Below, piece by piece: positions 23,765-36,800 of a DNA stretch of 64,000 nucleotides. Positions within the stretch are counted from its first letter, which is position 1. Each line of letters starts with the position of its first letter. The notes beneath the pieces are model-generated. The model did no database searches, was not told the DNA's origin, and saw nothing but the letters and a program-made list of their open reading frames with translations. The stretch lies in NCBI GenBank assembly GCA_031835245.2, contig JAVKOQ020000021.1:1-64000 (forward strand), written 5' to 3'. Both the position numbers and the translations under genes were made by a program. This DNA comes from Balamuthia mandrillaris. Taxonomy: Eukaryota.

Positions 23765-24080
23765 AGGCGGCCCACAGATAAGGATATGCACCCACGATAT
23801 GCGGCCCACGGATTGGCGCCCACGGATTGGCGCCCACAGATATGTGGCCTATAGATATGGATATCCGCCCACAGATAAGAACATGCACCCATGGACATGC
23901 GCCAATGGTTATGGATAAGCGGTCCACGGATTGGCGCCCACAGATGTGGGTATGCAGCCGTGGATTGGCGCCCACAGATCAGATATGCGCCCATGGATGT
24001 GCAGCCCAGAAATAAGCGCCTATAAATATGGAGAGGAGGTCCACAGGTTGGTAGCCCACAGATATGCACCCATGGCGAGG
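23765..24080. repeat. Degenerate minisatellite of ggattggcgcccac(g/a) / cccacagat units
   Basis: ggattggcgcccac at ~23810, 23824, 23927 and 23962. Confidence 0.85.
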
Positions 24081-24109
24081 CCGCTCCCAGATATGGAGAG
24101 TCTAGACTG

Positions 24110-24730
24110 GAAACAGGAGCAGCATCCCGTCAGCGTCTTGTCCAGGAGAGCAGCGTTCCATCAAGGAGGGGCAGCGTCTCATATAAGAGGAGGAGGGGCA
24201 GCGTCTCATCAGCATCTCGTCTAGGAGGGGCAGTGTTCCATCTAGGAGGGGCAGCGTCTCATCAGCGTCTTGTCCAGGAGAGCAGCGTTCCCTCCTCCTC
24301 CTATACGAGACGCTGTCGCTGTCTAGGAGAGGCGTCTCATTGGTGTTCCATCAAGGAGCCTGGGCAACGTCTCTTCTAAGAGGAGGGGCAGCGTCTCGTC
24401 TAGGAGGAGGAGCAGCGTCTTGTCTAGGAGGAGGGCCAGCATCTCGTCTAGGAGGCAGCGTCTCGTTTCGTCTCGTCTCGTCTCGTCAAAGAAACAGTGT
24501 TCCATCAAGGAGATGGGGCAGCATCTTGTCAGCGTCTCGTCTAGGAGGGGCAGCATCTCGTCCAAGCGGAGGGCAGTGTTCTAGGAGCATCTCGTCTAGG
24601 AGGGGCAGCACCTCGGCTAGGAGAAGGGGTATTGTCTCGTCAAAGAGGAGGGGCAGCACCTCATCCAGAAGGGGCAGTGTTCCATCGAGGAGGAGGGGCA
24701 GCGTCTCGTCCAGGAGAAGGGCCAGCATCG
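24110..24730. repeat. Degenerate ~21-27 bp minisatellite (ggggcagcgtctcgtctaggagga)
   Basis: Directly visible. The minus strand reads LLDETLPL repeats in ORF 24486-24938, which may be a small spliced gene. Confidence 0.85.
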
Positions 24731-25304
24731 AGGTGGAGCTGGTTGATGATTGTGCTGTTGATAGTGCTGAAAAAACACAACAAGTTAAACAGAGTAGCAC
24801 AGGGACAGGAGGTGACCTACCCCCCCACTGTGGATCATCCAGCTCTTGCACCAACGTCTTGTACGGAAGGTGGCGATAGTTGAATCCGACGTCTTGCGCT
24901 GCCTGATTTTGCTGTTGGGGTTGCGCTCCCTCCTCCATCCCTTCTTGTTTTGTTGCTGTTCAAACTAGACAAAAAGTGTAGCGAAACAAAAACAAAAAGA
25001 AAGTGGATAAACATGACTTCTTTCCTCGTTCACAGTAAACCTCGCCGTGGGTGCGCCGAAATGCAAACCAAAAAAAAAATTCCAAATATCCTCAATTATT
25101 GAACCTGGACGGGGAGGCAAGTTGTAGAATAGAAAAACGGTGTGTAAGTCCTTGTGCATCGCCTCAGTTTTAACGTACTAATTTCCCGCTATTTTGTTCA
25201 CAAGGAACACCGATAAATTTTATTTGATTTTGTTTTTGTTTTTTATTTTTTTTTGCAAAAAGAGAAAAAAAGCAAAATAACACCCTCCACCAAAAATCCG
25301 CAAC

Positions 25305-26892
25305 ATGCTGAGATCTCTGCCCAAAGGCCTCAAAGCAGGAGGAAGGCTCTTTGTTTCTACTCCCTACCTGCCAGGCTACCTCGTCCCCTCTAGGAGAGCT
25401 CTGACGACTGTAGGCCTATCCCTGGAGGAGCGCAAACTCGAGCTCGAGGCTAGGAAATTGGACACCGAGGAGCGCCGCTGGAACGAGGAGAAGTCGAGGG
25501 AGGAGCGCCGCTGGAAAGAAGAGTTGGAAGAGAGACGTGAGGCCAGGAAAGAGGAAGAGCGCCGCTGGAACGAGGAGAAGTCGAGGGAGGAGCGCCGCTG
25601 GAAAGAGGAGGAGCGCCGCTGGAACCGACAGAAGTTCACGGAGACCATCATCCAGAAGGGTTGGGTTGTATTGATTGGTGGTTTGTTCTACTGGCTCGGC
25701 CCCTCGATAGTGAGCAAACTCTACGGCTCGTGCTTGGCGCAGGTTCCAAACATCCAACAGCTCAAGACAAAGATAGAGGAGGAAATGGTCGAGGCCCGAA
25801 TGAACGACGCTGGACAAAGACCTATCGATTGGGGGGGGGGGCCCCCCCCCCCATGAGGAGATGATCAGCAACAGCCAACCGAGGCAGATAAAAGAGCTGC
25901 TTAATTCCGACTCCCACCGCGTGATCATCCTCGACGGGCCAAGAGGCTCCGGAAAGTCCTGGTCTTTAGGAAAGGCTCTCCACGAGATCAAAACAGAACA
26001 TCCCCTCATTTACCAGATCAAGTTGACGGGAATCAACTCTGATAAAGACCTCCTTCTCGCCCTCTGCGACGGCTTTGGCTTCAGGAGCCTTTCCGATATG
26101 ACGGTGAGCTTGAATATCGGAGGCGCTTCTTTTGCAACACCTGACAGAGAATTCGAAAGCCTGAGCTTGTTGCTTGCCAAGATCGACTCATACTTGGCCA
26201 AAAGGAAAAACGAGCTTCCTATCCCCGTCATCTCTGTGGACGATCTGGAGGCCGTCTCCCTCAAGTGTGAGTCCTTCGACACCTTTATGAGGTTCTGCCG
26301 AAACTGGGCCAAGGACAACAAGGCCAAGGTGGTCATGGCCAGCAGCAACACCCACGTTTCTAGGATGTTTGCCACCGCTGCGGATAAAATCCACTACGTC
26401 GGAGATCTTGAGAACAAGGACATCGTGGAGCACCTCACCACCAACCACGGACTCAACCAGGAGGAGGTCGGAAAGGTGATCGACAAGATCGGCAGGAAGG
26501 CTGCTGATATCAGGAAGTTTAGCAAGAACTACGGCAGCACTAAAAACCTGGAGGAGAGCATTGACAAAACTGTGAAAAGCCTCTCAGAAAGCGCCCAGCT
26601 TGAATATGAAAAAGTGCGCAGTAATCTCGCTCTTCAGGACATCGTCCCCGTGCTATCCAAGATCACACGTTATGCCGGACAAGAGGAGAAGAATGGAAGC
26701 AGTCCCCTGATCCAAAAGTTTCTTGCTGAAGAGGAGAAGGCCTTTCAGGAGCTTCTGAGAAATCAAATCATAATACACGACAGCAACGGCAGGGTGGTCT
26801 TTGCTTCCAAGTTCCTCCAAGAATTCTTCCTCAAAAACCTGCACAACGCGGAGGCAAGAAAGTCCGGTGGTGGTGTTAGCTCGGACCAGTAA
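25305..26892 (+). CDS. Intronless membrane-anchored P-loop ATPase (archaeal-ATPase/AAA_16-like), split by a +1 frame shift at a G11C11 run
   Basis: ORF1 has an Arg/Leu/Ser-rich presequence-like N-terminus, EERRW coiled-coil repeats and a TM segment (GWVVLIGGLFYWLG). ORF2 (25861-26892) has Walker A VIILDGPRGSGKS and Walker B VISVDDLE. Deleting one base in 25831-25852 fuses them. Confidence 0.7.
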
Positions 26893-27065
26893 CACAAGAA
26901 TGTAATAAAGTGACCAAGAATAGGCTTTAATGAAAGGAAAGTGTCATGACAGTGTGTGTTACTTGTTCCTGTTCCAAGAGAAAAAGAAAGAGAGAAAGAG
27001 AAAAGAGAAGATAAAGAAGGAGAGAGACAAAATGAATGAGAAAAAGAACCAATCAAGAGAGCCCA

Positions 27066-27681
27066 CACGTCAGAAATGTAGCTCACGTCCAACGTATCTT
27101 CTCCAAAGTTATCACCTCCTGGTAATCCTAGGAATACATGTTGGTAAGTAGAGAGAGTTCAATTGAAAGAAGCAGGAAACGAACCCTGGTAGCCTTTGGT
27201 AACAATGTCTGCAGTACTTGCAGGAACGTTGTAGGAGCTATAGCACAACTTCATGTCACTTGGGAGATATCCGTAGGTGCATGGGCCTGGAGAGAGAGGC
27301 AATCAGATTCATGGATGTTCTAACAGTGAGCACAAAGAAGCAACTATGTACCCCAAACCATCTGAGAGTTGGTCTGCATAATGAACTTACTTACAGTCAG
27401 CTTACAAGACAAGGAGGAAAATAAAAAGGAGAAGGGAATACCTTGTTGGTGCCTCGCACATTGGCTGGCATGCCATAAGCCAGCTTCTGAGTTCGGGTCA
27501 GCCAATTGGACGGTCGGTTTGGAGCGGAAATGGGTCTGTCACGTCAATTGGAATTCAGAGCATTGGACTTGTCTCTTGAACGAAGTCTCTGGAGAACGAA
27601 TGACCACTACGTCGTCTATCAGGTCTGTAATGATCTTTGGCGCACTGAAGAGAAGTGAAGGAGAAACAGGAAGAGAGAATG

Positions 27682-27775
<94 letters not shown>

Positions 27776-28323
27776 CGAGAGCGAGAGCAGAGGAGAGAAA
27801 AAGACAGAAAGAGGGGGCAGGAAGCACCATACGTAGCATAGAACCGTTGACGAATAGTGGCATCCCCACTGAGACGATGCAGAGAGGGCATGGTTACTTC
27901 CAAAAAGTCACCGCTGTCCTTGAGGACAGTGTGAGTGGCTCCTGTGCAGCACAGCCAGAAGTGGTGAACAGAACATGGAGCAGAGGAGCAGAGCAGGGGG
28001 GAGGGCATGAAAAACGAACCTAACGCGGAGGACAGCCAACTCTGGGCGCTGAGCACGTTGGCAGGGGAGGGAGCGGGTAGCTCTCGCAATTGGTCCCTGG
28101 TCAGAAACCGGGCATAGTTGGGGAGTCGGGATAGGAGACCTCCCAGAACAAATGCTCCAGCTTGTCCAGGTTGCGTTGCTTCAGCGCTACGAGCAAGTGC
28201 CACTGCCGGTCTTCCCTCTGGTCACAGTGAGTGAGTAAAAAGGAGAGAGAGAGAGAGAGAGTCTAACCGAAGAGGAAGAGCCCGAGGAGCAAGAGAAAGA
28301 AGAAGAGAAAGTGAAGCTACCAT
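27066..28323 (-). pseudogene. Tripeptidyl-peptidase I / sedolisin (S53) pseudogene, truncated in the catalytic domain
   Basis: Hydrophobic N-terminus, then prodomain [39 protein letters not shown] (1-nt frameshift). Later exons read QKLAYGMP, SQMVWGPCTYGYLPSD and GGDNFG-EDTLD-VSYIS. Nothing corresponding to the catalytic Ser region follows. Confidence 0.75.
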
Positions 28324-28464
28324 CCAAGCGCCCAAGGCCTTGTTCTTCTTTTTCTTCTTTGTCATATTGTCTACAGCCGCGCAGCAGAGGAAGACAGCAA
28401 GGGCTGCCGATCGAAGGGAGAGAGCATGTGTAGTGCAGGAGAGAGATCAAAAAAGGACAAAGAA

Positions 28465-28537
28465 TGGCCAGTATGGGGATCGAACCCATGACCTTGGCGT
28501 TATTAGCACCACGCTCTACCGACTAAGCTAACCGGCC
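28465..28537 (-). tRNA. tRNA-Ile (anticodon AAT)
   Basis: Reverse complement ggccggttagcttagtcggtagagcgtggtgctAATaacgccaaggtcatgggttcgatccccatactggcca folds as a 73-nt cloverleaf with A and B boxes; a T-run terminator lies downstream. Confidence 0.95.
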
Positions 28538-28879
28538 TGTTGTTTCCACTGGGGCGTTATTTAAGCTTCGTATTCGAAAACTACAAGAGCAAACGACCAC
28601 CAACGAACAATGCGCAAGTTGGGGTAAACTGCCGCAAGGGAAAAATCTCCCATTCCCACCCAGCAGCACAACCCGCACTGCATGCGCACGTTGTCTATAA
28701 CGAGGAAGTTGGGAGACTTGTCTTTCCGCTTTTCTTTGCCTTGCGTTAGAAACCTTCCAGCTTCCTTTCCGTGCAGTGACCCCAAAGCTGTGAAGCATCT
28801 TCCTTGCCCTCACTTCCTTACTGTCGGACGCAACCAGCTGTTCTCTTCTTTTCGTGCGGTTTCCCGTGAGGCTAGAGCA

Positions 28880-30183
28880 ATGGAACCGGAAACGGAGAAA
28901 CTGCAAGAAGCAGAAGAGACGACGGAGAGTGTGAGAGGCACCAACAGTTGGATCGCGGTCGGACAGATGACTTCCACCTCTGATGTGGAACAGAACTTCC
29001 AGACTTGCGCCTACCTGATAGACCAAGCTGTCAACCGCAACTGCTCGTTTTTGTGTCTTCCAGAGGGTAAGGCCTTTCTCCATATGTTGTTCTTTTCATC
29101 ACGCTTTTTGGGCAAACGGGCAAGTCGTTCTTGTAGCGTTTGACTACATCGCAGACAACGCAGAACAAGGCATAGCCATGGCTCAAAGCTTGGATGGCCC
29201 TCTCATGACAAGGTTCCGTAGCTTGGCCAAGCAACACAGTATGCATTGCTTGATATTGCAGGCCTCACTCCAAAACTACTAACCCTTCCTCCCATCAGAT
29301 ATGTGGCTTTCTTTGGGCGGCTTCCATGAAAAGGTTGTTGCTCGTTGGTTCTTGTTCCTTGGTGCCCCTGGTTTAGTAACTTGCCTTTTTCACTATGAAC
29401 CAAACAGGAGAAGCCAGACGCCACAAAGATATACAACACCCACGTTATCATTGACAACAAAGGAGAAATAGTGGCAACTTACAGAAAGATCCATCTGTTT
29501 GATGTTAACATTCCACATGGACCTGTTTTGCAAGAAAGCAAGAACGCACGTGCTGGAAACCAACCTATCGTTGTGGATACTCCCGTTGGTGTTACTGCTC
29601 TTTCCATTTGTTACGATCTCCGCTTCCCAGAACTCTATCTTTCTTACCGTCAGAACAAAGGTGCCCAAGTCATTCTCATTCCTTCAGGTAGGTTTTATGG
29701 TTGTCACAACTGGTGTCAGTAGAGTTCTAATCCCTTGGGGATGTTCAGCTTTTACACAAGCTACTGGTAAAGCACATTGGGAACCGTTACTTAGAGCAAG
29801 GGCCATCGAGACCCAATGGTACGTTTGCCTCTCCCCTCCTATCAACCCCTCTCACCAGAAACCATTGATGTTGCTGCTCAACAACAATCAAGCTACGTGG
29901 TGGCGGCTGCTCAGGTTGGTAATCATAATGCTAAACGAAGCTCTCATGGCAATTCCATCATCATAGATCCTTGGGTAACGTTAAAGAGTGAAGAGAGCAA
30001 TTTTAATACCACGAGCTTACTCTTAGTTTCCTCACTCTTGGCCAGGGCAAAGTGGTGGCATGCTGCTCCGATCGAGTCGGGATCGCTGTAGCTGAAATCG
30101 ACCACTCATACATGGAGCAAATCCGAGAACAAATGCCCGTATTTCAGCACCGAAGACCAGACGTCTACGGTCCTTTGTTGTAG
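28880..30183 (+). CDS. NIT1: Nitrilase-family deaminated glutathione amidase (multi-exon; alternative upstream start 28682)
   Basis: IAVGQMTS, LCLPE, YRKIHLFDV, ICYDLRFPEL (E-K-C triad), HWEPLLRARAIETQ, HGNSIIIDPWG and HRRPDVYG; stop at 30181-30183. Confidence 0.92.
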
Positions 30184-30765
30184 ATCGCCGCACATGCCTT
30201 GATAACACTAGAGAAGGAGAGGAGGGTACACTATCGAAGGAGAGGAGGGTACCGAGTTCGCTGCTCCACTGCGTCAGTCGACACAAAATAAAGCCGTAAA
30301 CAAAAAGAACGGACCACACAAAAAAAAAACCACCAAAAAAAGAAAGCGGTGGTGGTGGTGGGGAGGCCTTCTTCAGCGGAGGAGGGATGGGTGCCCAGCT
30401 GGGAGACCGGAAGAGGAGGGAAAGAGAGGAAGGCCGCCACGAAAGCAGCGGAGGAGGAGGCAAGGCAAGTGATGCGGCGGCAGCTGTATTGTTAGCACCA
30501 CACTCCCCTAGGAGCTCGAACAACGGGTCGACCTGACAGGATCAGTACAACTGAACAATCGCTCGCTCGCATCGGGTGGTCAACCACCCAAGTACTTCTT
30601 TTGTTGGGCTGCTGCGGTGTTGTTTGTTGCAGCAGGTTGTACCGCCGAGCAGCAGGCAGCAATGATGTGTGTGGTGAAGCGTTCCTTCGTTTTTTGTTTT
30701 TCCGACTGCCACCTCCCTTTCGAGGGCACACCAAGCGAGAACATACATAGCATCGACGCAACAAG

Positions 30766-33764
30766 ATGGAAGAACACGACGAAATGAAGGAACGTGTGGC
30801 GAGGACAAGCAGCGATCCATCCCTGGACACTAACGACCAAAAGACTCCCGAGGAGATGCTAGCGCCCTACGTGCCATGGCTGGTCAAACAACGACTTTCA
30901 CAAAGGGTCCTGACGAGGAAAGAAGAGAAGGAAGGGCCGGCAGAGGAGGAGGAGGACTGTCCTCGTTGCTTTTCTTTTCCTGGAGCAGTTGTCTTTGTGG
31001 ATATTAGTGGCTTCACTCCTTTGACGGAGGCTCTTTGTCGATCTAGTGCTGCGGTCCGTTTTGTGTTCATTCTTGTTTTTTTGTTGTTCGTTTGTTGAGT
31101 TAATTGGGTTTTTTCTTCAACGCATAGAAAGGAGGAGAGATCATGCATTTGGTTTTGGAACGGATCTTCACGGAGCTGCTTGACCTAGTGGAAGAGTATG
31201 GTGGTGATGTTATAAAGGTTTACTACTTTCTCTCTCTCTCTCTCTCTCTCTCTCGCTTGTTTTTGTTCTTATCATTCGGCCCGTTTACTTCCTTCTTCCT
31301 TCTTTACAGTATTAGTAGTCTTCCTGTTCATCTTCTCATTCCAGTTCTACCCATGCAGTTTGCTGGCGACGCTTTGCTTATAGCGTGGAGCTCTCAAACC
31401 AGCTGTTCCGAGGCATCGCCTGACGGTGCTACACAGAGCAATGACGCATCAATACTAGACACAACCGTCCGTCTAGCTGCTCAATTTGCGGTGGTTGCCT
31501 CCAAGTTCGAGTGGAAGTTGGACATGGGGAAGGAAGAGGACAGTTTCATCAAGGACTTGGCTGCTGATGAAGCCATTTTCTCCGTCTTACAAAACGTTAC
31601 TTTGCGCGTTAAAGTCTCAGTAAGTGCTGGTAGGTTCGAAACTTTGTTCTCTCTCTCTCTCTCTCTCTCTACTTATTTTCTTTTTATGCACGTTCTCGTT
31701 GTTCCTGTATTGCTTTATTGACCCATTTTGTTTTTTATAAAAGGAGAGGTAGTAGCAATGCAGTTAGGAGGCATCAACGGAAGGTGGGAATATCTTCTGG
31801 CTGGGAAGCCGCTCTTGGAGATAGCAGCAACTGAACACGACGCTGCGGTATCCACTGTTGTTGTCACTCCCAAAGTTTGGTCTATGTTGAAATCTAAACC
31901 AGGACAACAGAACGACGAAGAAGAAAAAGAACGAAAACAAGAACAAGGAAAAGAAGAAAGCGAAGAATATGTTGCGATTCGACTCCCTTCCGGCAATTTT
32001 GTAATTCAGGACAAAGAAAACGAAAGATCTGCAGCAACGCAGAAAATGAACGGGGAAAGAGCAAATAACGAACAAGAAAAAGATGAAGGAGAAGAACTGC
32101 ATGATCAATCACTTCCAAAGAGAAAGTTTTGCTCCAACGCCATCGTTGGAGATGCATTATCGTTATCTCTGCAGATACATGAAGAACGAGCTCGTATCAA
32201 ACGTGCTATCTGTGCGATGAACCGAAGCTCCAATTGGATGCAAGGTTACGTTCCTGTGCCGCTGCGGAAATGGTTGGAAGAAGGTCATTGTCTTCATTAC
32301 TTGGCAGACATTCGCCAAACTACTGTTTTATTTATAGCGTTGTGTGGACGTACGTATTTTATTGTGTTTCTTATTGTCTTCCCTCTTCCTTTTCTTGCTT
32401 ATTTTTCCTTATTTGTGTTCTTTATTCTCTTTTTGTTCTTCTTCTTCTTCTTCTTCTTCTTCTTCATCTTGTACTGTGAAAACTAATGACTTTTAAAAAA
32501 TCAAGTTAACACTGCCACCACAGATTGTTTTGCACCGTTGCAAAATGCATTGTCAAGTGCTCAAGTTTGTTTCTTTCTTTTCGCTTCTTGCTTGCTTTCT
32601 TGCTTTAACTTGTTCATTCCTGAAGGAAGTGCTGGTGCATTACAAAGGAGCCTTAAGACAATTCATTGTGGATGACAAAGGAGCAGTTCTCATTGCTGTC
32701 TTTGGTTTGCCTCACATGACGTTGGAAGATGATGCTGTTCGAGCGGTGAATGCGGCCCTCGTTATAAACTCACGGTTGCATGCACTGAAACTTCCGAATT
32801 CCATCGGGATAACCACTGGAAGAACGTTTTGTGGAAACGTAGGTAGCGCCAAGCGGTGTGAATATTGCGTGGTTGGAGATTCGGTAAATCTCAGTGCCAG
32901 GCTCATGATAGCTGCCGCAAAGTGAGTTGTTTTCTTTTTTTCTCTCTCTTTCTCTTTCTTTTTTTTCTGTTTCTTTAGGTGCTCTATTTTGTCAGCTTGG
33001 TTTTCTTTCTTCTTTTGTGTTTCCTCTTTTGTCTGGTAATGAGACTGACCTAAATCCACATTCATCCATTTTCGATGATAAAGAGCATCGAATGGAGGAA
33101 ATATCTCTGGTTCCATTTTTGTTGACGAACAAACCTATCGCATTGTCACAGAGTCTGAAGGTCGTTTTTTGTTGCAACCACGGGACCCTATTCTCGTTAA
33201 AGTTTGTTTTCTCCTCTCCCCCTCTCTCATTCGTTCATACATTGATGGAAATGCTCACAAACGAACTTTTAAACAAATACATAAAGGGAAAAGAAAAACC
33301 AATACCTATCTACACACCAATTGAAGGAAGAAGAAAGTCACTTCGAGAAGCTATCAACACATGCTCCCGAAAGATGATAGGCAGAAAGCATGAGATGGCT
33401 GTCCTTCGCAATGCCTTCGATACGTTTATGCAGGACGGATATCACTTCAAAGTGGTGTTCATCAAAGGGCTGGCAGGCATGGGCAAGACTGCGATGGTTC
33501 GAGAGTTGCTCAGCTGGAATGAAGGTGGGGTGTTGCACATCGATGGACAAGCTCCAGAGATAGAGAAGAACACGCCCTACTTTATCTGGCAGGAAATATT
33601 GAGCAGTGCCTTTGCTGTTTCCGTCATGGATAAGCGATTTTCGTCATGTCAGCAGTTCAAAAGCGTTTTAAAAAAGAATCCAAAGTTCGAGAAGTATCTT
33701 GCAGTGCTGAACCCTTTGCTTGTTACTCACTTTCCTGAAACAGAAGGTTTGGATGTTCTCTCTT

Positions 33765-33811
<47 letters not shown>

Positions 33812-36800
33812 TTCTTGTTGTTGCTCATGTTTGTTATTTGTTGCTTGATGCACGAAGAGTCGAAACATCTTGAAGCAAAGGAACGGCGAGACATGCTTCA
33901 TGAGATACTTGCATGGATGCTGAGCGAGTTTCGTCGTGCTAACGGTAACCGACCCATCGTTTTGATTTTGGAGAACTGTCACTGGTTGGACAGCGCCAGT
34001 TGGAGCGTTATTACCTATATGATCGACAACGCGACTCCGCATGGCGTTTTCTTGGTGCTCACAGCCAGACCTCCTCACAACCATTTTTCTTCGAAAGCGA
34101 TGGTATCCTTCTTCATCCAGTTTTTTTGTCTTGTTTTGCTAATGATAACAAACATTATTATCTTTTAGAATGAAGAGGTAGATGTAAACATATTGCAAGA
34201 AGCCAAAGAAAAAGTGGTAACGCTAGCTGCACACATGAAATTTCTGGAAGAAACCCATCCAGATATCACTGTACCCATTATGTTGGGTCGCATGAGCAAC
34301 GAACAAATTGCGGAATTGGCCAAGGCGGTAATAAATAGAACAGAATTGAGCAAAACTGAAGAAGAAATTCTTTTTTCCAAGTCTCAAGGAAATCCTATGA
34401 TCGCTATATCTTTGGGTATTCGCTTTCTTCTCTCTGTTTATCTCTCCCTCTTCCTCTTCTTGTTTTTTGTATTTAGACTTAGTTGTTTCTAACATATTTA
34501 TCTTTATTCACGTTCTTTTGAAAGCATTAACTCTTCCGAAGCTCAAACTAGTCTGCGTTGGTAACGTCTGTTTTTTTGATCCATCTACCATTCACAAACT
34601 TCCCTGCTCCGTGGAGAGCGTGATAACCAGCACAGTGGACAAACTTTCGATTAACCAACAGACCATCCTGAAAGTGGCTTCTGTGATTGGTTCTCGTTTT
34701 CCTGCTGTGCAGTTACGAAACACATTCGAGATAGCGCAAAATGACATATACACTCTTGGACATGAATACCTCTTAAAGGAACTACAGACTTTAACACGGA
34801 TGAACATCTTGTCTGTGGCTTTGGATGGTGATGATCTGCTTTATTTCTTCGAAAATCCGTTTGCCCAAAGTTTGTTCCTCCCTCATCCCAACGACGTCAT
34901 AGTTGTTCCTTTCTTGCTTCCATTTTTTATGATGTTTCCGCCCTTCTCATTTTCTAAATCAACCGAAAACAGAGACGATCTATGGCATGCTACCCTTTGC
35001 AGAGCGATACGAATACCACGCAATCATTGCAGATTGGTATGAGCGACAATTTTCCACCAATAGTACCTCTCATTATCCTTTACTTGCCTATCATTGGCGC
35101 AGAGCGCAAAACTTCCCTAAAGCTATCCGTTACTACGACCTTGCTGGCGAGTTTGCGTTCAACAATTATGCAGGAACTGAAGCCTCAACCAGCTGGCTGC
35201 AAGCCATCAAGCTGCATGAACGCGTTCTTCACATGTCCTTATCTTCTTTGACAACGCCGCCTCCACGCGAAGATGGTCAGAAAGAAAGAGAAAAAGACGA
35301 GGAGGACAGCAGGAACAGGTCGACATATATGATGGAACACGAGTCACAGTTGCAGTTGGGAAGATGGTATAGGATGATTGGTTTGGCCAAAGCGCAGGTC
35401 GGTTACCTATTGGACAGCGTTAAATTCACAAAGAAGGCGGTACGAATTTTGGGAATGCCAATGCCTGAAACGGATGAAGCAATGAATATAGGTTCGTTTT
35501 TTTTTAAAAAAAAATAGGCAATTCTCCCTATCTGCACTCAACTTTCGTTTCATCTCATCCTCTTGTTTCTCTTTCTCACACACAACAGAGATCTGTAATT
35601 TGTTGAAGAAAGTATTGCTGTACCACATATATCCCTCCCATTTCATCGGGAGACAGAAGTACAATCCATACACTAAAGAATTACTGGAAGGCTACAAACG
35701 ACTCATGATGTACTTATTTTTGTAGTTGTCGTTGTCGTCTTCGTTATTCCAAATTCTTTTCTCATTTGCTGTTATAGATCTGGTGTCTTGTTATCATGGG
35801 ACAACAAAATATATACTGTGTTAACGTTACAACGGTCGTGTTTGGCGGAACAGTGTGACGTTCTCATGGAACGAGCATTTGCGTATGCCTTTGTCCTCAT
35901 GAACGTCAACCGTTTCTGCAATAATTGGGGCAAGTTTGCTGGATACCATTGGCGATGGCTCAAAAACCTTTTTCAACACAAATGCAACGCTCTTATTCAA
36001 CAAATAGATCACGAAATGCAACAACAAAACTCGGATGAGGAAGTACAGAGAAAAGTAGAGACGGTAACAGAAGGAGACAGCACGTCATCAAAAACAGAGA
36101 AGCTTTTGGCAAGGTCGTTGTTAGAGGCGAGAAGGCAGGTTCTGATTGTTGGAGAACCTGGTGTCTCTCTCAACAAGCTAATTCAACGCTTGGAAGAAAT
36201 GGCCACAGGTTTAACGGAAGTAGGCGAGCTTCTCGAAAGCGATAGCACAAAAACGTTTTTGCTCCTCTTTTTGTATTTGCAAGGACAGTTAGACAAGGGC
36301 ATTCAACTCGCTAATGAGCTCTTGGAAGACATCAAAACGCGCAAATATCAGACCAATGAAGAAGCTACCATTCGTATGAAGACTATGATTCTTCTTCGGT
36401 TTGTTTTCTGTTCTCCTCTTTTCTTTATTGTTTATCCTGATTTCTCCTTATCTCTTTTAATGTTTGTTGCATTTCTGTATCTCTTCTCAGAAAGGGCGAA
36501 TGGGAATCAGTGGAGCGTTACAACAAGGAAATGGTCGATAAGAAATTGCACTTGCTCAGTCCTTCAATTCATTTTGCCTTCTTGCTTCGCGTGGCCTCCT
36601 GGCATTTGGCTAACGGACAAATGGACGCTGTCAGAGAGAACCTTACCCGTGCTCTTTCTCTCTGGGAAGATACATTCCTAGAACAGATTCGAATCCTTGT
36701 GCCTCTCCAACTTGCTTTTGAAGAAAGCGCAGCATTGTGGGAGTATCAAATCGCTGCTAGACAGAAAGGTAAAGAGAAAGAGATGACCGATGAAAAGGAA

